Shown: positions 41,360 through 54,338 of the stretch, one piece after another
Layout: each line of letters begins with the position of its first letter
Numbering within the stretch: the first letter of the stretch is position 1
DNA from: Eledone cirrhosa
Taxonomy: Eukaryota
Length of the DNA stretch: 64,000 nt
Direction: 5' to 3'
NCBI GenBank assembly: GCA_964016885.1
Contig: OZ024741.1
Coordinates: 352,780,001 to 352,844,000, forward strand
Program-made: the position numbers and the translations under genes
Notes under the pieces: generated by a model
Seen by the model: only the letters and a program-made list of their open reading frames with translations
Told to the model about the DNA's origin: nothing
The model's database searches: none

Positions 41360-44256
41360 TCATCATCATCATCATCGTTTAACGTCCCTGTTCCACGCTT
41401 GCATGGGTTTGGACGGGGGTTTTCCCACTTGAGGCAAGAGTGGTTGTCTTGCTCGCATAGGACTGTCTGGCGGGTTTTCTACAGCTGGATGCCCTTCCTA
41501 ACACCAACCACATTTACAGTGTGGGGCTTGGAGGTTTTTACCGTGTTGCCTACACGGCCACATTACAGCGTGGACTGTCTGGCGTGTTTTCTACAGCTGG
41601 ATGCCCTTCCTAACACCAACCACATTTCCAGTGTGGGACTGGGAGGTTTTTACCGTGTTGCCTACACGGTCACATTACAGCGTGGACTGTGTGTTTTTTT
41701 GTCGTGACACCTACACAATCTCGTTTGTTTCGGCCTGGATGTTGTGGCACCAACATAACTTTGCATTGAAGGGGGCGGTGTGGATGGGGTGGGACGGGGG
41801 TGTATTTTGTTAGAGATGCCTACTGACTAGTAGGTTTTACTTTGTATTTAGGTGAGGCGGGTCTTCTGTTACTGAGTACCGCCAAAGGTCTCGGTCCAGT
41901 GACATTGTCTTGGAGAGGTGTAAGTGTGTGAGGTTGGAATTTATCAGCTCGTCCCAGGTTTTCCTGGGTCTGCCTACTCCGTGGCTACCATCTATCTTTA
42001 TTGCCCTGCACTTTGTTATACAGCTGTCGTCTTTCATGCGCATCACGTGACCTTACCAACGTAGCCTTCTCTCAAGTAAACAACATCTGATCCCTCTTAT
42101 TTCTAATTTTTTCCTTAGTTCGTTTATGCTTTGCCGTTCACGTATATTACTATTACACATCCAGCGGAGTATGCAAGCTTCGTTCCTCTCTAGTCTGCGT
42201 ATATCCTCTGCACACAATGCCCAGGTCTCACTGCCATGCAACATTGCTGTTCGTATGCAGGCATCATACAACCTGCCTTTCATTTTTAGGGAGAACCCTT
42301 TAGCGGCTAATAGTGGTACAAGCTCTCTGAACTTTTTCCATCCAGTTCTGACTCTAGCTACTGTACTTTCAGAGCACCCTCCCCCACTGCTGATTTTGTC
42401 ACCCAGGTAACGGAAGCTGTCCACTATTTCTATAGAACCCTCTGCGCAATTGAAAGAGTTAGTATTTTGTGGGCACTTGCTGCTACTTATTACACCAGAG
42501 CACCGGCCACATGTAAAATCTGTGTTCTTAGTTAGCTTACCTGTGATCCCACTACATCTTTTATGCACCCATACTTTGCATTTGGGACATAAAATGGAGT
42601 TTCTACCTACGCCTTTCCTACACACTGAGCATGGCCATTTCCCGGAGGGGACCGGCGCCTTATTTTCTTTCTTACAAACTAGAACTTTAGTCTTAGCCAG
42701 GTTAATTTTAAGGCCTTTTGATTCTAGGCCGTGCTTCCATGTTTGGAATTTCTTCTCTAGCTCGGCCATTGATTCAGCTATGAGCGTTAGATCATCTGCG
42801 TATAAGAGTTCCCATGGGCAGCCGGTCTTGAACTCCTCTGTTATAGCCTGAAGGGCAATAATAAATAGTAGGGGGCTAAGAACAGAGCCCTGATGGACAC
42901 CAACTTTTATGCTAAACTCTTCACTATATTCGTTGTTAATTCTAACCTTGCTGACTGTTTCTTTATACATGGCTTGTATGGCTCTCACAAGCCATTCGTC
43001 AACACCTAGTTTTCTAAGAGCCCACCAGATAATGGAACGGGGGACTCTGTCGAAGGCTTTCTCCAAGTCGACAAAAGCTAAGTATAGGGGTTTACTTTTA
43101 GCTAGGTACTTCTCCTGTAGTTGTCGTACAATGAAAAGAGCGTCTGTGGTACTTTTGCCTGACACAAACCCGAACTGCATTTCATCTAGATCAATTCTCT
43201 CTCTGATTAGTTGCGCTATTACTTTTTCCGTGACCTTCATGACCTGGTCAAATAATTTAATGCCTCTATAGTTAGGCGTCTCCTTTACCCTTGTAACAGT
43301 TAACGATGATGCTGCTACGCCAGTCCTTCGGAAGAACCCCATTCTGTATGAAGTGGTTTACTATCCGGGTGACCATGGTGTGTCCCACCGTACCGGAGGC
43401 TTTCAGCATCTCAGCAACTATTTCCGAAGGCCCAGCCGCCTTACCCGTCTTCATATCTTTGATTGCCTTACTTATTATACTACCTTCGACTAACACTGCT
43501 GGTCCCTCTATTGGATCGATGTGGGGGAGACTGTCTTTCTCCCATTTATTCTCCTCATTTAGTAGCCTTTCGTAGTGACACTTCCAAGCTACCTTCTTAT
43601 CAGCGTCAGTGATGGCAAGTACGCCATCATCGTTAAGTACACACTTCTCCCCGACAATATCACGGTTTTCCTTGACACATTGCCTAGCAATCCTGAACAC
43701 CTCAGGCTTTTGGTCCTCGCATTGTAGAACATGCTTGAACTTTCTTTCCTCTGCTTCCCTTCTTACGAAGTACACTTGTCTCCTAGCTTCCCTCCTGGCC
43801 ACTTGATAGTCTTCTCTACTTCCCCCATCCCGCCATGCTTTCCAAGCCTGCTTTTTGGCCTTGATTGACCCCTCCACCTTACTGTTCCACCACCATGTTA
43901 CTCTCCTCCTGCCTACAGGCCTGCTCCAGCCACAGACTTCGTCTGCCGCCATCAGCAGGTTTGCTTTCAGGAATTCCCACTGTTCCTCTACCTTGTACGA
44001 CTCTAATTGCTCTTCCTTACTGTCGAAAGCATCAAGTAATATGCTTTGAAATTTATTTCTGGCTGTGGGATCCTTTAGCTTCCATATTTTTCTCCTGAGG
44101 ATAGTCCTCTTCTGCTGTCTAGTACGTCTCGTCCTGACTATGTGGTCGCTAATTATCAGTCTATGTTGGGAGGTGCATTCTTCATGGGGGAGGGATTTAG
44201 GTGTTTACAACAGACACTCTGTCACGTCTTCTGGTAAGGATATAATCTACCTGGCT

Positions 44257-44258
<2 letters not shown>
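41360..44258 (-). mobile_element. RTE LINE, second subfamily, truncated within the endonuclease, with a frameshift and stops
   Basis: ORFs 43272-43952 and 42053-43342 (RT, YADD, PHD-like finger), SQVDYIL at ~44250, (TGA)n tail at 41360, and a duplicated 3' UTR block. Confidence 0.9.
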
Positions 44259-44300
<42 letters not shown>

Positions 44301-44469
44301 TATACACATACACACACATACATACACACATACATATATACACATATATATGCGTACACACGAGCACATAAAGACACATATATACATATATGCACATACA
44401 TACACACACACACATATATATAGGTACATACATATACATACACACACACATAAACATATATATCTATCC

Positions 44470-44502
<33 letters not shown>

Positions 44503-44549
44503 TATATACAAACATACACATACATACATATACACATATATACACACAT

Positions 44550-44595
<46 letters not shown>

Positions 44596-45148
44596 TGGCT
44601 GCCAACTCGTTTTCGAGTACGGCCACTACTTTATATCCATGTAGGAGAACCCCTACCGATGCGCTCAACGAGTGTGACTTTTTAGTCTAGCCAGCGACTT
44701 GAAAACTCTGGTACAAACACTACACTTGTGACAATTATTGACACATACTGCTGGGCCCATGGTACCATGTGACGACAAGTGCAGAGAGATCTCCAGATAT
44801 AAAGCAATGCCTGTGCCGTGAAGCTTTTATAGTGAGCAAAGGCACTGCACAAAGCCAGTCCCACTCTCTTAACCAAGATGATATTTACCAAAAAGAAGAA
44901 CAAGTCAACATCATTGGATACCATCAGGGTTGCAGGTGTTATATCAGAGTTTTCCTTCTCCTAGAATTCTGCCTTGACAAAGGCTAAGGGGTCATCTCTC
45001 CCGGTGATTTTGGATGGCCATTGACTCTTAAGAGCTTCTTTGCTCTTTGACAGGTTTTGTTTTTAGTCCTGCAGGATGTCCAAAGTCACCCTCCTCACCA
45101 AGAAACCTTGGTGGGGTTGCCAGTTTAGTCGCCAACGACCCCACCATG

Positions 45149-45236
45149 TCTGAGTGAACGGTGAGACACACACAAATGTGTGTAGGTATGTATGGATGTA
45201 TGTACGTGTGGGTATATATGTATGTGGGTGTGTGTA

Positions 45237-45272
<36 letters not shown>

Positions 45273-45407
45273 CACACACACATACAAACATACACACATC
45301 CATACATATATATACACACACACACACATACACACACGTACATACATATATACCCACACGTACATACATCCTACACACATATGTGTGTGTCTCACCGTTC
45401 ACTCAGA
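45149..45407. repeat. Long palindrome / fold-back
   Basis: TCTGAGTGAACGGTGAGACACACAC... mirrored by ...GTGTGTGTCTCACCGTTCACTCAGA. Confidence 0.85.
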
Positions 45408-45429
45408 TATTCATGTGTATACATAAGAA

Positions 45430-45742
<313 letters not shown>

Positions 45743-45951
45743 ATGCCTCTCTCTATATGTGTATATATATATAGATGTATGTGTGTATGTGTGTGTGTGT
45801 ATGCATGTATGTATGAACGGAGGTATATATACGGACATATGTGTGTGTGTGTGTGTATACACGTACGTGTGTGTGTGTATGTGTGCGTGTATGTGTATAT
45901 ATGTATATTTAGTTATGTATCTTTATGTGTGTGTATGTATGTATATGTATG

Positions 45952-46012
<61 letters not shown>

Positions 46013-46039
46013 ATATATATGTGTGTACATATATAGCCT

Positions 46040-47525
46040 GATTGATCATGCGTGCAACCAGTTTAGTGTCTACATCCCCTGATGCCTTCAGCATCTCAGC
46101 AACTATCCCTGACGGTCCAGCAGCCTTATCATTTTTCATTTACTTAATTGCCTCTTGGACACTATATTCGTCAATCTCAATATTGGTCCCTCTGTTGGAT
46201 CTACTGAGGGTAATTTCTCTCTCTCCCACTCGTTCTCCACATTCACCAGTCTCTCATAATGACATTTCCAGGCCTCCTTTTTCTGATCATTCATGACACT
46301 AAGTACACCGGCATCATCCCGGACACATTTATCTCCAACAACATCCTGATTTGCATTGACACACTGCCTTGCAATGTGGAACACCGCACACCTCTGATTT
46401 TCCCATCGCAGAACATTGGCAAACCTCCTACTCTCTGCCTCCCTGCGTGCTAAGTACACCTGACGTCTAGCTTCGCTCTTAGCGGCTGTATATCCTTCTC
46501 TACTCCCACACTTTTTCCAAGCCTTCTATGCTAGTCTTTTGTCTCTAATAGCCTTATCTACTGTGCTGTTCCACCACCAGGTCACTCTCTGTCTGGTTGG
46601 AGCTCTGCTCCAGCCACAAGTTTCATCAGTAGCCTGCAGTAAGTTGTCACGTAAGAAATTCCAGTTATTATCTATGTCATGCGTCTCTAAATCGTCTTCT
46701 TTTTCATCATACACATCTTGAAGGGCTTTCCTAAATTTGTATTTTAGTGAAAGATCTTTTAGCTTCCAGACCTTTCTTCTCCACACCTTCCTGTATGTCT
46801 CATTCCATCTCTTGCTTACTGAGATATCAGTAACGACTAACCTATGCTGTGGGGTACATTCTTCCCCAGGGTATGCTTTGGTATTTGACACCATCTGCCC
46901 GTCCTGCTGCCTAACTAGTAAGAAGTCAATCTGGCTCATGTGCTCGCCTGATTTGTAGGTTGGCAGGTTTCTGGAAGTTAGTGTTGCAAATAGTCAGTGT
47001 ACTTGCATCACAAAATTCAAGAAGTCTCACTCCTTCTTCATTTCTTGAGCCGTAACCATGCCCACCATGTACCCCAGTGTAATCATCCTGGAGCTGTCCA
47101 ACATGACCATTGAAGTCCCCTGCTAGCATAACGATATCTCCGTCCTCTGTCATTGCGGTTGTTTGTAAAAGTTGCTCGTAAAAGCAGCCTTTCTCTTCTT
47201 TGCCTAGGCCTGCTTGGGGAGAATAGGCAGAGATGATTGTCAGTAGTCTCCTGCCTACAACTAATCTAAGCTTAATTATTCGATTATTAACTACCTCTAT
47301 TGTCTTATTGATCCATCTCTCAGCCAGGAAAATGTCTACTTCCCCTAACCCATCATCCTTACCTATCCAGAAAAGCTTATATCTAAGATGTTTGCTTGCG
47401 ACTAGTCTCGCAGAGGCACCTCTCCATCTCACCTCTTGCACGCAGCACACATCCACATCTCCACTATTTCACCAGATCTACCTGTGAGAGTGCCAACATT
47501 AAGTGTTGCAACTATGAGATGCGAC
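46040..47525 (-). mobile_element. RTE LINE 5' part (APE endonuclease plus linker), decayed, 3'-truncated
   Basis: ATLNVGTL, DVCCVQEVRW, SAYSPQ, AGDFNGHVG, SQIDF, WWWN, KAAGPSG; several frameshifts. Confidence 0.88.
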
Positions 47526-47662
47526 ATCTTCATATTTTTGTTGTTCCTATATATTTGTTGCTGTGCTTATAATTGTTTTGGTGTTTAATGTTTTTCTCAC
47601 ATGAGAGAAAGTTTCTACATTCCATCCTCACACAGCCCATATATTTGACCAATTGCTTGCAG

Positions 47663-47915
47663 GTAAAACTGGAGAAAGAGAAGCAAAGGATAGTGATGGA
47701 AAAACAAAAAATGGATGAAGAGAGACGGGCACTTCTGGAACAACAACAACGGTTGGAAGAAGAAAAGAAGATACATCAAGCAGCTGTGGCTACTACCATT
47801 GAAAAAACAAGCCATCAACCATCTTTCTCTGCCCAACCTCAACATCCAGATTCTTCCCCTCGTTCTATGATATCCAGTTCAAAATATGCTCCACAACAAT
47901 CTAGAGCATCCCCTG
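47663..47915 (+). CDS. LMO7: LMO7-like exon: coiled coil continuation
   Basis: ttgcag|GTA...G|gtaatt; VKLEKEKQRIVMEKQKMDEERRALLEQQQRLEEEKK; phase 0 to 1. Confidence 0.8.
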
Positions 47916-49373
47916 GTAATTACTTTTTTTTTGTTTTCTGTCTTATAACCATTTTCCTCATATCAGAATGAGCAAGGGTTCTTTCTCCCTCCCCCCCTTT
48001 TTTTTTTGTGCAAATTCGAACAAACAGTTCAACATTAAAGTTGCTTGACTTGATGTTTGCTTCACCATGTCTTTTACCAGATCAACTCAAACCTTTTGGG
48101 TGAAATTGAGTAGATGGAAATTGTTTGGAATCCTGGCAGATGGATTGTACTTCTAAGTCAAAGAGAAAGTTTCCACATTCCATCCTCACACAGCCCATAT
48201 ATTTGACCATTTCTGAATTGTTCTGTGACACACTGTGCTATGCTGAAACTCATTGAGTATTACATTTGGGGTATACATGCTTGTGGAACACTCACCATAA
48301 AAAACCAATGAAAGCCAATTTACATAAGATGTATTTGTACAATGTGAAGGTGTATTGCTTAGTGGATAGTGTTCGGCTCACAATTGTAAGGCCAAGAGTT
48401 CAATTCATGGTGATGTGTTGTGTCCTTGAGAAAGACACTCCAGTCAATTCAGCTAGAAAAATGAATCATACCTGTGTAGAGACATGATGGTACTATTTTA
48501 TTGCTGTGGTGTAATTTGGTCATTCTTGGTCAGTCGCCAGCCCTGTAGGCTTGGTGACGTATGAATACAAATGACCATTTCCATCCAGCAGTAGAATGCA
48601 CCTATTTCAAAACTAGCTAGTAGTTACATTTTGGATGTTGGTAGTGCAACAGCTCTTAACTAGCTTTCCTACTGTTTTGATTTTTCTTTCTAACATTGAG
48701 AGTAGTTCGTTAGATGGCCTTTCAGGGATTTACCATTTATCCATCAACTTTGTTTTACCAAATATTCCAATCCCTTATGGATGTAACATTATTATCCTTC
48801 CTACCACCAACTTTGGAAATTTTACCACTTTGATAGTGACAATAAGTAAGGATAAATTAGTGCCTGTCTTGCTACATTCTTAGCCTACTAAAAAATTAAC
48901 ATTAATTTCACTAACATCTTCAAGGAGAAAACCTTGTTGCATACACATTGTTAACGTGTTCAAACCAATAAAAAAAAAAAATATTTTGGTATAAAAACTA
49001 CGCCTTCTTATATATTTTTGAACCATTGGAACACTTCTTCTACATCTTCATCTTCCTAAAGTGGCAATCTTGTTAAAAAGTGATAATGCCTACTCAACCT
49101 GTAATTCAATGGCCAGCTAGAAAAAAATGAATCATACCTGTAATTCAATGACCATGCTTGTGACACACTGTGCCATGCTGAATCTCCCTGAAAATTCTCT
49201 AATTTGTCCATGTGTTTGTAGAACGTTCAGCCACTTGCACGTTAATTAATTTAGTATGCAGGCTGTTTCATTAATCAAACAATTAGAACACTCATCATCA
49301 AACCCGATGGTGGTCCAACAAAAAAATTATACAATACTTGTGTAAATGAATTGTTATATCTCAATTACTTTAA

Positions 49374-49586
49374 CCCTTTACCATTTGAATTACTCTATAC
49401 TTACTATGGTAAAGGCTTTATCTTACATAATAATTATATCACATAATATCGAAGCAACGAGATTTTGATATTATTTATCTTGATAACAATACCTTATCAT
49501 TGTTATGAGTAGCCAGCTAGGGCTGGTTTGAACAGAAAGAGGTGAGTGAATTCTGGCCGGATATGGTCAGTTTAAATGCTAAAGGG
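49374..49586. mobile_element. piggyBac-like MITE
   Basis: TTAA|CCCTTTACCATTT...AAATGCTAAAGGG|TTAA. Confidence 0.78.
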
Positions 49587-50174
49587 TTAAATATATCAGT
49601 ATTTATTTAGCTCTCTTAAACTATTAAGTCAATGTTATGTTCTAATCTAAACTATGGTTGTATCTAATATTGAAGAATAATGAAGTGTGGTAGTTTATGT
49701 TTGTGTCTGTTCTACTACTTCCAATTTATCTGTATACTGTTGATTGTAAATCATATTATGCAGGTGTCATGACAAAGAGCTTCCAGCTCACACTGTAAAG
49801 TAGCAGTGCTGGTACCATGATAAAATGCACCCAACCCGCTCTGTAAAGTAGAGTGCTAGTGCCACGATAAAAAGCACCCAGTACACCCTGTAAGGTGGTA
49901 GTGCTAAAGTCATGATAAAATACATCCAGTACATGCTATAAAGAGATGGGCATTAAGAACATCATCTGACCATAGAAAATCAAGCCAAAAACAGAGTGTA
50001 TGAATGAGACGTGGTCACTTGATCAATCTGACTTAACTATACAAGCATAGAAAATAGATGTTAATGGTGATGTATATGGTGACCCATGCTAACAAGGAAA
50101 ATGGACGTTAAATGATGATGTTAATATATATATATATATATATCTTTATTAACACTGCTTTGTTTTTCTTATAG

Positions 50175-51215
50175 ATACATCTCCCAAATCAGGCCCTATC
50201 CAAATAAGCCCACTCAAAAAACTGATGTCCAACAAAATAGAGAGTGCCATTTCACGCTTCTCAAAGAGTGAAAATGAGCCAAGAGAGAGTCAGCGACTTA
50301 CTCGAGAAGATTTGCTAGCAATGAATCGTAAAGCTACCCCATTGCAGGAAAAACCAGAATCTAACTCTAATATCTCCCACCATGTTGCACCAGTTAAGCG
50401 TGAGCCACCAAGTAAAAATGAACTTCATTCGCTAAATGCTGTTCCAAAAGCTCGGCATAGAGATCCAAAAGAATGGATAGTTCCAGATAGTTCTGAAGCT
50501 GCGAGAATGCCTGTTGGCAGGTTGCTATCTCGAAAATCTGAGCTCTCTTCATCATCTTCCTCTTTTTCTTCTTCCACATCTCCTTTCACGTCTTCGGCAT
50601 CCAAAGAATACTATCGAGCTTCCCAACCCCGAAGTACCTTTCCTGCGGATAATGTTTTAAAATATACTGATGGTGGACGTCGGCAAGAAGGCCTTCCGAA
50701 AGAGAGCCAATTGGCATCACAACCGCATTGGATGGTTGAAAAGTCTGAGCGACGTCTGTCAGATCATTGGACGGAAGGAAAAGAAGAGCCTTGGAGACGA
50801 GGTCCTAGTGAGAGCAGGACCATAAGGCCTGTAAGTGAAATATCGAACAATCCACGGCGAGATCTCACATCTTCCAGAGGGGGGATAAAACCATATGTTT
50901 ACAACCAAACATCAATGTTTACCCCTCTGGAAAATACACCTGCACTGCGGCCCGCCAGCAATCATCATTCATATTCTTCATATGGGGACTCTTCCAAGTC
51001 ACTCGGCCATGATGTGCCTTCCTCAAATTTGTATGGCTTATACAATAAGAACAATAACTCACTTCAGCCATTTCAAGGCCAAGGAGGTATAGTAGTCCCA
51101 CAGCCAAGAGATAGCTCTACAGCAACCAAGCTACCAACAACTCCTAGCAGTGATAAAACAGAACAGGTGCCAGTAACTGGCATTGAAAAATGCTCCCATT
51201 GTAATGAAAAATTAA
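50175..51215 (+). CDS. LMO7: LMO7-like large exon ending in the first LIM cysteines (CSHC)
   Basis: ttatag|AT...A|gtaagt; 1041 nt open; ends VTGIEKCSHCNEKL; phase 1 to 1. Confidence 0.88.
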
Positions 51216-51409
51216 GTAAGTATTTTTTATACTAAATTTCTACTTGCATACCTTTCACCTCATGTCAGGGTACAATATTCCCCATTCTCTGAACTTAGTG
51301 AGTACTTTAGTGTTAGCCCTCCTCATCTCACATTTAACTCTTTCAATTTTCAGCAGGGTATTAATGTAGTGAATGAATTGCATTCCTCTGTATTGTAATA
51401 TACTCTTAC

Positions 51410-51725
51410 AATATAGTGTAGTGTATAGTATAGTGTGGTGATGTATAGTATAGTGTAGTGTGGTGATGTATAGTATAGTGTAGTGTATAGTGTGGTGATG
51501 TATAGTATAGTGTAGTGTATAGTGTGATGATGTATAGTATAGTACATAGTGTAGTGTATAGTATAGTGAAGTGCATAGTGTGGTGATGTTTAGTATAGTG
51601 TATAGTGTGGTGATGTAGTACATAGTGTGGGTATGTGTAGTATAATGTAAGACTGTTGTGTAGTGTAGTGCAATGACAGTGATATATGATGTAGTGTAGT
51701 ACAGTGAGATATAACAGAGTGTAGC
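51410..51725. repeat. (TAGTG/TAGTA)n pentanucleotide repeat
   Basis: tagtgtagtgtatagtatagtg... Confidence 0.9.
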
Positions 51726-51849
51726 GATACAGGGTTGCTCAGTTCTTTGAGGACATTTGCATGAATTTAGTAAAAGATGCATAAGTCATGAAAAAAGAGT
51801 ATTATTTGAGAAAAGATTGGTATGAATAATCATGAAACTCTTCTCGACA

Positions 51850-52320
51850 CATCTACTTAATGTATCCACTGTTAGCATTGATGACTGCTTTAAAATAATG
51901 TCTAAAACATTGACATCACTGAATCAGATGATCTTTATCTATTTTACACATTGTGTTAATCATGGCAGACTTCAGAGATTTTATAGTGTTATAGGGGTAT
52001 TGATTAACTTCCTTCTCAATTATGCCCCATACATAATAGTCCAACATATTCGGGCCTTGAGAGCTAGGAGGCCAATATGTTTGGGTGACATGATGGTGGA
52101 GATTGTAACTCATTCATTCTTGGGTCATCTTAGCCTTAAGAGATAGCACAGATTTCTTGTTGGTAGATGTACGTTTTTTTTTTTTGCTCACCCTCTCTAT
52201 CCAAGGCCTCACAACCCTCTCAAACACCACATTATAGTCAGCAGCCTTGGCCCTTAAGCGCTGAAGAAAGAAGTGAGGCAGCATGACTTCTCCCTCATAG
52301 TTCATGACTCACAGAACCAT
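51850..52320 (-). mobile_element. Degenerate Tc1/mariner transposase C-terminal relic
   Basis: WPPSSQGPNMLDYYVWGIIEKEV (cf. WPPNSPDLNPLDY.VWG) and EGEVMLPHFF. Confidence 0.72.
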
Positions 52321-53636
52321 AGTATAGTATAGTGTAGTGTTGTAAAGTGAGGTAATATAGTATATTGTAATGAAGTGATTCTAATATTGCCATACTTCAA
52401 GTAGATCTTAGTTGTCATTGTCTAGCCCCAGGCCAGTCCTGGTTGAGCAAACATGGTCAAAGGATTCCCACCATGCTTATTCCACCTTGTTTTCTATCAC
52501 AATGTAATTAGAACCACATTATCCAATCTGTCTTAACTTTTTTAAAACCATTATTTCTCACATTTCATGTGATCATTTGTTTGGGCTCTCTTGTTTGTTC
52601 ACATGGATGAGTTTATACTTCAATGTTGTAATATTTCTATGTTAACTTAACATGCCATTGTGGTATTTGATCTGGCTCTTTCATTCTATGATTAAATTCT
52701 GCCATGGTCAAAATGCCTTTCGTCCATCCAGGGTCAATAAAATAAAGTACCAGTCAAATATTGGGGTTGATTTTAGTCAACTTTGCCCTTTCACCAAATT
52801 TGTTGGCCTTGTACCTAAATCAGAAATCAATATTTCTATGTTAACTCCTTGGTTTTGGGGTCAATAAAATAAAGTACCAGTCAAGTACTGGGGTTGATTT
52901 AATCAACTTTGCCTTTCATAGAAATTATCTTGATTTGCTTACCATTGCTCAATGGAAGGAACCTTTCCACTTTGATAGTGGTGTCATAGCAAGCATATTG
53001 ATTAACCACTCTGCCTATGTAATTTAATTGGTTGAGTGTGTGGCAAGCATTACCTTATCCTACATGTTCTTACCTGGAGCAAACTAGCTGAATTGAAGGC
53101 TGTTTTATGGCAGAGATGGTGAACCTGTAACACTTGTGCCAAATGTGGCATGTGAAAGTATTTCATTGGCTTGGGGGGAAAATATACCAGCAATCTCTAA
53201 CTTTTGATATCCTGTACTACAATGAAACCTTATTAGCAAGATATTCTTGAAAAGTATGATAGCCATCAGTAAAGATACTATAAATATTTGAATTAACAAA
53301 CTAGTTTCAAGACATTTTCTGCTAAAGAATATATTTCTAATGAGATACTCTGCTTATGGTTTTCAAATAATTTTAAAAATAAACAAGAATTTAGAGGGAT
53401 TTAGTAATATAACTAATGTTTTCAAAATTAAGATGGTGTTTGGAATATCATTTAACAAAAAGATATTACATAAAATTGTGATGGAAGGTTTTTAGATAAA
53501 TATCATCACTTTAAAACAAACAGCTTTATATCATAAAATCAAGGGTAGTTTTAGGTGGTTTGGTATTAAAACGGGTTAATTTTTCAATTATAATCTGCAG
53601 TACAACTACATATATCTATCCTTGTCTTTCCCACAG

Positions 53637-53824
53637 TGAACACAGCAGCAATGGCAATCGAGACGCTGGGACTGTACTACCATGTCAAGTGTTTTCGTTG
53701 TAGTGTGTGTCACATACAGTTGGGTAACGGCACTGAGGGTACAGATGTGCGCATCCGCCTTGATAAACTGCACTGTCAGAACTGCTACAGCTACAACGAA
53801 GGTATAACACAGCCAAGACACTGA
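53637..53824 (+). CDS. LMO7: LMO7-like terminal LIM-domain exon
   Basis: ccacag|TG; AAMAIETLGLYYHVKCFRCSVCHIQLG..TDVRIRLDKLHCQNCY, typical of the LMO7/LIMCH1 C-terminal LIM. Stop TGA at 53822-53824; a donor at ~53802 is also possible. Confidence 0.88.
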
Positions 53825-54272
53825 TTGCTTGTTTTCTTCTGTTTTTTTTTAAATGTATGTTTTGTTTTATTATTGTTTTTTTTTTGTTTTGTTATTTTTT
53901 TACTGGTTGGGTGTGGAGTGTAAAGGGAATGAGGAGGGGTTGACCTCTCTATTTCTTTCATCCTCTGTGTTTTTTACTCTTTCCCTCTCTCTCTTTATAT
54001 ATATATATATATTTATATAAAGAAAAGAAGTTAAAAATGCACTTGGAGTCTTTAAAAATAACTCTACCGGTTTCACAATTTCATGGTTTTTAAAAGTTAA
54101 GTGAGATGGACATCGAACTATACTCTGTCTTACTCCAGGCACTTACAGCATAGCTCCACGTTTTTTCATTCCTGAAAGTGCATTTTCAAGTTCTTTTCTT
54201 TATATATATATATATATATATATTTTTATATATATATATTTTTATATATATATATATATATTTATATATATT

Positions 54273-54338
<66 letters not shown>

